Below the pieces are notes generated by a model. That model did no database searches, had not been told where the DNA came from, and saw only the letters and a program-made list of their open reading frames with translations. Both the position numbers and the translations under genes were made by a program. 64,000 nt of DNA from Octopus bimaculoides (Eukaryota): the NCBI RefSeq assembly GCF_001194135.2, contig NC_068991.1, positions 7,692,306 to 7,756,305 on the forward strand, read 5' to 3'. Position 1 is the first letter of the stretch, and every line of letters begins with the position of its first letter. Shown piece by piece: positions 27,097 to 37,445 of the stretch.

Positions 27097-28064
27097 GTAG
27101 GGCTAACCAATTACACCAACTCCAGGACTCAACTGGTACTTGTTTCTTTGAGCCTGAAAGGATGAAAATCAGAGTCGACCTCAGCACCAGTTGAACTCTA
27201 ATAATCAATAGTCTAACAAAAGTGAACTTTCAATGACATGCCAGTGCTTAGATCATTAACTCAGAAAATATCCTGTTACTGTTCTGAAATTCTATTTGAG
27301 CATGCCTTCCTACTAGAATGTCTCAGCATAAATCCATAATATACCAGTTCTATTTATATATCAACATTTATTTCAGAACAAAATAACTGATATTATTTCC
27401 AACTGTAATATTTAAAGAAATTCATCATAGAATTGTTTATCGCACATTTAGTGTGAAAATCAATAAATATTTAGAACAGATGTTCAAAAGCTATTCAAAT
27501 TATATTCCAGTTAACCTTTACACTAGATTAAATTTGACAAACCAATACATGTAGTTCTGGATACACTATGCCAGTAAAAAAAAATTAATGGATTAGTCAC
27601 TGTTGGAATGTCTTTTAATCAAATGTTTGATCGATCTGGGACGGCTTATAGTTAAACAAAGCACGACTCATAATGGAGTTTGTTGGCCTCTATAAAATAG
27701 CATCTTTTTCTCTTTAAATCTAAAATTAAATAAATTATTCTTCGCTTTTAGACCAACTAAAACGGTTCAGCTTTAATCTTAATAAAAATATTCCTTCCCA
27801 GCCATTGTCATTTTTCTTTTACTTGTTTCAATCATTGGAATATGGCCATACTGGGGCACCAGTCTGAAAGATTTTAGTCAAACAAACCAACTCCAGTACT
27901 TGTTTTATGTCTGGTGCTCACTCTCATTAATCTCATTTGCTGAATTGGTTGGTTATGGGGGATGTAAACAAACTAACACCTATTGTCAAGCAGCACTGAG
28001 AAATAAACACAAACATAAAGATACACACACACACACACATGGATATATATANNNNNNNNNNATA

Positions 28065-28097
<33 letters not shown>

Positions 28098-28167
28098 ATA
28101 TGTATATATATGTAAAATCAAGACATCATAAAGAATAATGGAGAAAAATACATCTTCAAAATTTGTT

Positions 28168-28588
28168 TAGTAGCTGTGTGGTAAGAAGCTTGCTTCTAAA
28201 CCACATTGTTCTTGATTTATTCCCATTGCGTGGCACCTTGGGCAAGTGTCTTCTACTATAGCCTCGAACTGACCAAAGCCTTGTGAGTGGATTTGGTAAA
28301 TGGAAACTGAAAGAAGCCCGTCTTATATATGTATATGTGTGTGTGTATATATATATATATATACATGTATATATGTATGTATATATCTGTATGTGTGTGT
28401 GTCCTTGTGTCTGTGTTTGTCCCCCCCTCCATCACCACTTGACATCCGGTGTTGGTCTAGTTACATCCTTATAACTTAGCAGTTCTGCAAAAGAGACCAG
28501 TAGAATAAGTACTAGGCTTAAAAAAATAAGTTCTGTGGTCAAGATGGTGCTCCAGCAGGACTGAAACAAGTAAACGAGTAAAAGAATA
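28168..28588 (+). mobile_element. Family B SINE, complete
   Basis: Colinear with 61793-62194, including the internal microsatellite and tail. Confidence 0.85.
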
Positions 28589-29046
28589 TACTCAATGGGA
28601 TTCCACATAGTTTCCATCTAAGAAATTTTCTCAGAAAGCATTGGCTGGGCTGAGGCTATAGTAAAAGACACTTGGCCAAGGTGCTGCACACGGGGACTGA
28701 ACCAAAAACCACACAATTACAAAGTGAGCTTCTTAACCATGCAGCCATGCCAATGCCTTTTCTTAGCAAAGCAATCAAACTCGGAGGTTCTGATCTTTTG
28801 GTTTGGGTTTTTAGAAAAAAAAAAACCCAGAAAAAACCACAGTAATCATTTCCATGTCCAAAAATAGTCAACATTCAGTACTTCTCATTTGATTTTAACA
28901 AAATATTCAGTAAATCTCTGCTTGTTTATTTTCTTTTTTTCCATTTTTTTTAGTTATTCTGTTACTTATTTTAACCATAAAATGAGTGTTTCAAATATTC
29001 TTGAGGAAACTTCATTCAATTTTCCAATATTTGTCTTCTCAGTTAT

Positions 29047-29259
29047 GCAAGAGGGTGCTGAAAAGATCTTGGCTTTAAGGGTATTGTGAAAGGCCTGGCT
29101 GGAGGCCCAACATTCCAAGTTCTTTTACAGAGTTTAGAGAAACTGAAGGACTGCTGCAATAAGTGTGTGAATCTGAGAAGAAATTATGTTGAATAAAATC
29201 ATAAAACCTCTTGTATTTTCTTTTACCCAGGGCCAGGAACTTTTCGGCACCCCCTCGTA
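29047..29259 (+). mobile_element. Mariner-derived MITE, copy 2
   Basis: Same TIRs (GAGGGTGCTGAAAAGATCTTGGCTTT ... GCCAGGAACTTTTCGGCACCCCCTCG-TA). The interior reads WLEAQHSKF..SLEKLKDCCNKCVNLRRNYVE*. Confidence 0.85.
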
Positions 29260-29871
29260 TTTCCTTGCATAGCATTATCTGGACAACACAGTTATCTCTT
29301 TCCTAAAATATTACAGAATTTGATTAAATTAATCAATGGATCAAGTAACAATTGAGGTCATACTGAAATCAATAATAGTCTGGAATTTTGTTTTATCAAT
29401 ACTGGAATAATGTCTTCTAGCTAATTTTGAAATGTTTAATTAATGAAGATAGTAAAAGTCATTGGAAAAATTTAAGAAACTTGAGATATTAAAAATAAAA
29501 GGTAAGTGGTTGGTTACTGAGAACCAAGAGAGAAGTTATTTGCAGAATGACTTGGCTTCTTATAATGGATAAGAAAAGTAGATCCAAGACCTTGTTTTTG
29601 CAAGGATGAGGATAACATTGAGTTGTGATTTTTCTTTTACCAATAAGAAATTTATTGAAAGTGACAGTGTGGTTGAGAAGTTTACTTCCCAACCAAATGG
29701 TTTCGGGTTCAAACCAATTGCATGGCACAATATCTGGTCTATTGGTGGTCCTGAATAGCAACAGCTCAATCAGTTTGAATACCAAAGTCCCAAAGAACAG
29801 TGATCTCATCTCTTTATATACTACTACCACCACCACCACCACCACCACTGTCGCCGCCGCCACTACCACCA

Positions 29872-29921
<50 letters not shown>

Positions 29922-30059
29922 GTCTGTCTATCTATCTATCTATCTATCTGTCTATCTCTCTCTCTATATATATACGACTTAATTGCCTTCCCCCAAATTT
30001 CAGGCCTTGTGCCTACAGTAGAAAAGATTATTATTATTATTATTATCATCATTATTATA

Positions 30060-30357
30060 ATTCAGTAGTTTTATTTTTATAACGTGCTTTCACTTCACNN
30101 NNNNNNNNTGTATTGAAAGTGTTTTGCGTAGGATGTGTGCAGTGCTCAGTAGTGCAATTTTCTGTATGTTATATATATTTGTAAGTCTTGGTGTTTTTGT
30201 TATGTATTTGTCTGAATATTTTTTTATTATACCTAAGGCACCTACTATGATAGAAATTGTTTCTGTTTTTAGATTCCACATTCGAGTTACCTCTATTTCC
30301 AGGTCTTTGTATTTTGAAAGTTTCTCCATTTCTTTTAGGGAAACAGTCATCTGCTGG
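30060..30357 (-). mobile_element. 5'-truncated R4/Dong-like non-LTR retrotransposon (end of the restriction-like endonuclease domain plus short 3' UTR)
   Basis: ORF 30090-30350 reads VSLKEMEKLSKYKDLEIEVTRMWNLKTETISIIVGALGIIKK...IQKIALLSTAHILRKTLSI, the typical C-terminus of RLE-clade elements. It is flanked on both sides by (ATT/TAA)n. Confidence 0.85.
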
Positions 30358-30877
30358 TATTATTATTATTATTATGATCAATATTAACACATTAGCAGTA
30401 AGTTTCCAGGCACCAGAAAACCTTTGCAAATAAAGGTGCAGAGTGAAGTACAAAACAATCGTAAACAAGTATGACCACCATTGATATGAATCTTGCTTTA
30501 CATTTCTTTACCTTATTCACCAGAAATGTTTGATACAATATTAACCAGCCAAGTTAACAAATGAAAACAAAAGGAGAATTTTTTTTCTTTACATATGTTG
30601 TCAGTATTTCAATGTATTTTGCACTAACCACTAATATCTTAACAGAAACTCCATTGCTATCAACTGACGTGTGTGAACCCATTTCTATTGAATTCCGCTT
30701 TTCATGAAACTGACTGCATTTATTTGTTTTTTTATTTATTCATTTGTTTATTTTATTTATTTATTTATGCATTTATTTATCTATTTTTCTAAAGCTTATA
30801 TAACTCATTTAGCACATATGTTGAATAGAGCTGATATATGGGGTGTATACTCAATATTCGAATAACTTCTTTTCTAT

Positions 30878-31385
30878 TTGTCTTTTACTTGTTTCAGTCA
30901 TTGGACTGCAGCCATGCTGGAGCACCACCTCGAAGAATTTTTAATCAAAGAAATCAACCTCATGGATTATTTTTACTCCCTTTTTTTTTCTGGTAATCTC
31001 ATACTTATTCTATCGGTGTCTTCTGCTGAACAGCTAGGTTACAGGGATGTAAACAAACTAACACTGGTTGTCAGGTGGTGGTGGTGGTGGTGGTGGTGGA
31101 AGTGGGAACAAGCATAGATACAAAAACACATACACAGACATACATGTGTATGTGTGTATACATGTGTATATACATATGTATATGTGTATGTATATAAATA
31201 TGTGTGTGTGTGTGTGTGTACACAATGGGCTTCCATACAGTTTCTGTCTACCGAATTTAATTACAGTGTGATTGTCATCCCAGGGCTACAATAGAAAACA
31301 CGGCCCCAAAGTACATGCTCTAGAACTGAACCTGGAACCATGTGGATGCGAATCAAGCTTCTTAACCACACAGCCATGCTTGCAC
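30878..31385 (-). mobile_element. Family B SINE, complete, diverged
   Basis: Tail at 30878, internal (GGT)n/(TG)n, and head ending ACCACACAGCCATGC. Confidence 0.8.
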
Positions 31386-31879
31386 CTATGTAAATAGATA
31401 AATAGAATGATAATAATAACAAAAATAATATTCAGAAATGGTAAAAAAAACAAAAAAAAACTAAAAAAACACAACACTTTAAATCAGTTGTTAAATGTAG
31501 AATTTTGTTTATTTATTTTCTTGGTTTTTAACATTTTAATGCAGATCTTCAATCAAACATCTCTGAATGTCTAACATAGAAAAACTTTTTACGTGGTCCA
31601 ATAAAGTGCGGTGTCAGCTGATTAATATTCGAAAGATTTATCTTCTGCTTTGCTTATGTGACTGAGTGCATGATCAACCACCTTTTCATAAGTGGTGGAA
31701 CAGGTACAGGAATATAAAAGGCAGCAAACAAAATACTAAACACGGTGCAGATTCAGACCCAAAACTGAATAATTACACAAACTGTATTAAAGTAAAAACT
31801 ATTATTATGATTGTAAAAGCTATATTATTGTACAGATATATGTCTATGGTGTCTGAATTAATAATATAATAAATCTAAA

Positions 31880-32040
31880 GGGCGGTGAGCTGGCAGAAAT
31901 GTTAGCATGCTGGGCGAAATACTTAGTGGTATTTCATCTGCTGTTGCGTTCTGAGTTCAAATTGTGTCGAGGTCGTCTTTGCCTTTCATCCTTTTGAGGT
32001 CAATTAAATAAGTACCAGTTATGCACTGAGGTCGATGTAA
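31880..32040 (+). mobile_element. Family C SINE
   Basis: GGCGGTGAGCTGGCAGAAATGTTAGC...GAGTTCAAATTG...CTTTCATCC...AAGTACCAG, matching the copy at 26864-27096. Confidence 0.8.
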
Positions 32041-32125
32041 GCCCTGTAAAAAAACTCACAAGGTTGGGCCTTCAGCCAAGCCTTTCATGATACCCTTAAA
32101 GCCAGGAATTTTTCAGCATTTTTCG

Positions 32126-32159
<34 letters not shown>

Positions 32160-32490
32160 AGGAGACCTATTGAGTCAAGTACAGCAACATCAAAATAAAA
32201 ATTAAATGGAAATTTTAGATGTGATACCCGTGCTAGTGGCACATAAAAAGCACCATCCAAACGTGGCCGATGCCAGCGTCGCCTTGACTGGCTTCCGTGC
32301 CGGTGGCACGTAAAAAGCACCCACTACACTCACGGAGTGGTTGGCATTAGGAAGGGCATCCCGCTGTAGAAACACTGCCAGATCAGACTGGAGCCTGGTG
32401 CAGCCTCCTGGCTTCCCAGACCCCGGTCGAACCTTCCGACACAAGCTAGCATGAAAAACGGACGTTAAACAATGATGATGATGATGAAAA
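32160..32490 (+). mobile_element. Family A retroposon with (GAT)n tail (SINE or 3' end of an RTE-like LINE)
   Basis: Contains a repeated GTGGCAC(G/A)TAAAAAGCACC subunit and GGAAGGGCATCC, and ends GGACGTTAAAC(G/A)ATGATGATG. The longer copy at 20780-21050(-) extends into a sequence reading (W)RxAVLEET*, a weak resemblance to an RTE ORF end. Confidence 0.8.
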
Positions 32491-32492
32491 TG

Positions 32493-32527
<35 letters not shown>

Positions 32528-32529
32528 TA

Positions 32530-32720
32530 CATGAGGGGGTGCTGATAAGTCTCTGGCTTTGGGTAAAAGCAAATACAGGAGGATCAATTAATTATTATTT
32601 TATCAAACATATTCCCCTCTCAGATTCACACACTTAATGCACCAATTAAGAACTCGAGAAGGTTGGGTCTCCAATCGGGTCTTTCACGACACCCTCAAAA
32701 TCAGGGGGCACCCCCTCATA
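32530..32720 (-). mobile_element. Mariner-derived MITE, copy 3; further half copies at 11265-11297, 25032-25066 and 32037-32120
   Basis: GAGGGGGTGCTGATAAGT ... GCACCCCCTCAT termini next to (TA)n, with interior sequence shared with copies 1 and 2. Confidence 0.75.
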
Positions 32721-33214
32721 TTGTTATCGTCATTGTCACATTACAAAGGCTACGGCATTGGATTTGCTTGTGTCACATCATTGACGTATAATAAAACTTG
32801 GTTCATTCTCTCCAAGTCTCCCAGTAATAACACAACGCAAAGCTAAGCATAAAACAAAAGATTTCTCTGTTAGAATCTGAAGACATTTATTGCAAATGGG
32901 AAATATCCCTCCTCATTTGTAGTTAGGTTGCAGCTGAGTAGAGTTGAAGAAATTAAACGTGATTTATTAGCCAATATAAGACATGAGTAAATCTAAGACA
33001 CAGTTTATGGTAAGGCAACACAATAATACTCATATGTATATATGTATGTATGTGTGTATGTACGTATGTATGCATGTGTGTATGCATGTGTGTGTGTGTA
33101 TGTATGTACGTACATGTGCATGTATGTGTGTATCTTTGTATATATGTATGCATGTGTGTATTTGTATATGTATCTATGTATGCATATATATATATATGAG
33201 AGTATATGTATGTG

Positions 33215-33252
<38 letters not shown>

Positions 33253-33868
33253 TATATATATGTGTAAGTATGTATGTATGCATGTATGTATATTTGTATC
33301 TATCTATGTGTGTGCGTATGTATGTATATGTGTATGTATGTGCATATGTATGTATTTAATATCAAAATAGTGATTTATTTCTTGTATTTTGAATCAGTTG
33401 GTAATCAATATCATCATTGCTTACAAGTATCCAATCAAGCAATCAGTGGATCACTGTATTCCTGGTGCCAGGAATGACAAGAAGAGGTCTGCAACTCAGT
33501 TTTCTGGAACTGATTTTTTTCGGTTGCTTCAAAAGCACCGAATATGAAGAAATGATGTAATTTGGTAGTAAATTATAGGCAAAGGCACGAGAGAGACCCA
33601 TAGAACATATACATACATCCGCGCGTGCGCTTGTGTGTGTACAAGGCATTTGAACCAGGTGGGAAGGGGAGAAAGAATTTATATATATATATATATATCT
33701 CACTATATCATCATCATCGTCGTTTAACGTCCGCTTTTCATGCTAGCATGAGTTGGACGATTTGACTGAGGACTGGTGGACCAGATGGCTACACCAGGCT
33801 CCAATCTGATTTGGCAGAGTTTCTACAGCTGGATGCCCTTCCTAACGCCAACCACTATATATATATAT

Positions 33869-33912
<44 letters not shown>

Positions 33913-33922
<10 letters not shown>

Positions 33923-34524
33923 ACAAAATAATGGAAACACCTTAAAATTTCAAACAGACGTTTGTTTTTGAAAGTAGTGGTTTTCTGATTGCAGCCCTCC
34001 CATGAAATCTGGCTTTGTGCAGCTCCCGGCGAACAGTTTTTGTGTAAACTGGGTTCTCGGTGTGGTCATTAAGCTCTGCAGTAATTTTGGGAGCTGTACT
34101 TTTGTGATCCTTTCTAACAATTCGTGTAAAAGTCCGATGGTTCCTATCTGAAAGTGTTGGTTTTCTTTTGGAGTTTTGTTTCTACAAGGAGGTTTTTCCC
34201 TCTTTCTCAAAGGCTGTCATTACTTTCAAGACAGTACTTCTTGATACACCAAATATTTTGACTGTTTTCATTACACTAGCACCTGCCATACGAGCAGCAA
34301 CAATTTGACATCTTTGAAAGTCTGATAGATCTGACATTTTAATGAATTTTAATTACCTTTTTTTGAAGATATCTGAAAAGAAATAGTAATGTTAGCAAAA
34401 CATATTAAGCAACACTAATAATAAATCAAAAAACATAAAAATAAACAAGCTTTTGATGGTTTAATAGATATTTCAAAATTATGATACTATGATGCTAGAT
34501 GTTTCCATTATTTTGTCCAACTCC

Positions 34525-34526
<2 letters not shown>
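33913..34526 (-). mobile_element. Internally deleted Tc1-family DNA transposon retaining the N-terminal DNA-binding part of the transposase
   Basis: Terminal inverted repeats (TIRs) GTTGGACAAAATAATGGAAACA at about 33918-33939 and their reverse complement at about 34500-34521; the right end is followed by TA. The minus-strand frame from ATG 34337 reads MSDLSDFQRCQIVAARMAGASVMKTVKIFGVSRSTVLKVMTAFEKEGKTSL*KQNSKRKPTLSDRNHRTFTRIVRKDHKSTAPKITAELNDHTENPVYTKTVRRELHKARFHGRAAIRKPLLSKTNV, a Tc1 paired-like HTH region with one TAG at 34182-34184. No DDE domain is present. Confidence 0.9.
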
Positions 34527-34604
<78 letters not shown>

Positions 34605-34782
34605 TCGAAATGTACTGTATTATATATCCATTATGGCTAATCTTACCAATCGGTTTCACACTAGGAGTTCAATGGAGTGTTAGGTAAGAGTCCAATTATG
34701 TAACCCCGTGCTCATCAGAGGTAACTGTTATGGAATGAAATATGGCGACTGCCACATATATGTATATTTGTGTGTGTGTGTA

Positions 34783-34840
34783 CAAGGCATTTGAACCAGG
34801 TGCGAATGGGAGAAAGAATTTGACCTGGTTTGAATGCTTG
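34783..34840 (+). other. 58-nt hairpin of pre-miRNA size (candidate ncRNA)
   Basis: CAAGGCATTTGAACCAGGT pairs with ACCTGGTTTGAATGCTTG (18 bp, 2 G-U, 1 bulge). The stem extends about 5 bp further to a 10-nt purine loop. Confidence 0.35.
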
Positions 34841-37065
34841 CAATAGAATGGACTCACCTGAAGGAAGCAATTGCTATGTGGTGGTGTTAAACCAGGTGAT
34901 GGATTAAGTTTATCACCAGAGTTAAGCCATTATGTTATTTCAACAGTGTGTGTACAAGCAAGTATAAAAAGCTGTTATGGTCTACTTGATCTTTTCATTG
35001 GGTGTAACATAAAGCTAATAATACTTTATGAATGAAATTGTTTGGGTCACATGTGTATTATGATAGTGGGCTTAGTACACCTAGCCTAGTTTGAGTTGTG
35101 TAACATGCCGGACTGCATCTCTTCCTCAAGTACTCAACTCCTCCATATTCATTAACAGGAGAAGCGAAGGACGTACTGCCATCAAGTGAGTGAATATGTA
35201 CACATACAATACAATATATAATATTATATCATCATCATCATCATCATCATCACCATCATTTAATGTCTGTTTTCAATGCTGGCATGGGTTGAATGGTTTG
35301 GCAGGAGTCAGTCAGGTAGAAGATTACACCAGGCTACTGTGTCTGTTTCGGCATGATTTCTACGGCTGGATGCCCTTCCTAACACCAACCACTTTACAGA
35401 GCCCATATATCTCGAAAGACAGACTTAATAGTATATATATANNNNNNNNNNNNNNNNNNNNNNNNNNNNNNNNNNNNNNNNNNNNNNNNNATATATATAT
35501 ATATATAAATAATCAGAAAATGGAGAAAACTTTTGATCAACAAACAAATTGACCCACATCAGTTGATTAGTTTTTAATACCACACGACATAACATTTCTT
35601 ACAGCTGTTTCCGCTTCCAATGTGAGTTGGTGTTTATGAAAGAAATTCCGAAAATAATATTCATCGTCTTCATAGTACATTCAATCAAGTACATGGAGCT
35701 TCATCAGGGATAGCATAGGTAATTGATACCAATAGTAAATATGGATACTATTATCCCTTAGATGGTTATTACAACCACTAACTCTGCTTACCTACATATA
35801 TATATATATTAATTATATATAGTCCACTCTGTGGAATAGTTGTTGTTAGGAAGGACATCCAGCCATAAAAACCATGTCAAAACAGACAGAGAAGCCTGGT
35901 GTAGTTGGCTCCTATCAAATTGTCCAAACCATGCCAACATGAAAGGCTGACGTAAAATGATGATGATGATGATATATATGCACACACGCATATATATACA
36001 CACACAGAAGCACTGACCCTAATGATTCATTCATCATGTCTTAGCTCAAACAAAATGCACTTCACATTTTTCACAACTAGACAAAATCCTTAAGACATTT
36101 TGAAATTGTGAAACAGAACAGAAATTTCACATTACCAGAAATTCATCCTCACACCCATTCACCCTCATAAAGACCAAACATAGTCATTAGAGCCCTTAAA
36201 AATGGGAGAACCAGAAGTCTTCAGTTGAAAATTGTTCCAACTGGGTCTGGTCTAGGAGGAATGGATATGAATCTGGAAATGTATAATTTAGTCAACAATC
36301 CACTGGTATTTTAGACTGAACTGGTTACAATACCCAAAGTAGCTTGGCTCTGGGGCATCTTAACCCTTCAGGAGAACTGCAATGCAGGGATTGCACAGAA
36401 TGTAGCTACAGAGAGGGTAACAATGAATTTTGACCTGAATGCAGCCTGCTCCACCCCATTAGAATGTAAGGGGTTAAGGACCAAAACATCTGCATGAGGG
36501 AGAAGGAGGTCTCCTTGTCTGAAGACCTTCTGCAGTTCAGCTCTCCCTAGAGTTTCTTACTACTTCAGATCCCTTAAAATAGGTAAAACCCATAAAAAAC
36601 ACACCTGTGTATGTCTGTGTTTGCTTGCTTTTCAATGCCTTACCTGTACCAAAATACAGGCCACCTTTTAACAGTGTTTACTCATACAAAAGCCTTCTCT
36701 ATATACATTGCATATACTTACAGAATCAATGTTAATATTTCAAAGAGTATTCAAAACGAAGATAATTAAGCACAGCTTCTTCTTTTTTTTCTGGGTCTGT
36801 AAAGCTTATTGATCCTACTTAAATATATGCTAGTTATTTATGTATACAGAGACACTATAAAAAATTCAGGTGTTAGTGCTGTACAAACACATGTACTATT
36901 GCATGCAGCCCTAAACAATGATCAAATAAGAGCAATGAATAATTTGTTAAGCAATGATTACATATAGCTGCAGTAAAATTGATGAAAACTTAACTTCATA
37001 ACAGTATAAAGCAACTGGTGCAACACAAAATAGAATGGTATGGTCAAAATTAACACTCTGCCTAC

Positions 37066-37445
37066 TATGGCAGTCACTGGTGACTCCCCATGTTATATTA
37101 TTAGTATACTACAGGAGTCACCAATGACTCCCCATATTATACTTGTAATATACCACAGGAATCACCAATCACTCCCTGTGCTATATTCTTAATATGGCAC
37201 AGGAGTCACCAATGACTCCCCATACTATACTTGTAATATACCATCACAAATCACTCTCCATGCTATACTCTTACTATACTATGACTCTACACAATATGCT
37301 TAATGTACTATGGGGACACACAGGTGATTCTCCATACTATACTCTTAATATAGCATGGGAGACACTAATGACTGTATGCAATATTTTTAATATGCCATAG
37401 GGGTCATCAAATGACTCCTCACACTATGTTCCTAATACACCATAT
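37066..37445. repeat. 44-bp minisatellite, about 8-9 degenerating units, with an internal palindrome
   Basis: ACAGGA(G/A)TCA starts at 37111, 37155 and 37199 (period 44). The best units contain GGAGTCA-CCAA-TGACTCC. Confidence 0.9.

Noticed and set aside
37066-37445. 44-bp palindromic array as a CRISPR array
   Set aside because: The context is eukaryotic, the spacers are similar to each other rather than unique, and no cas genes are present.
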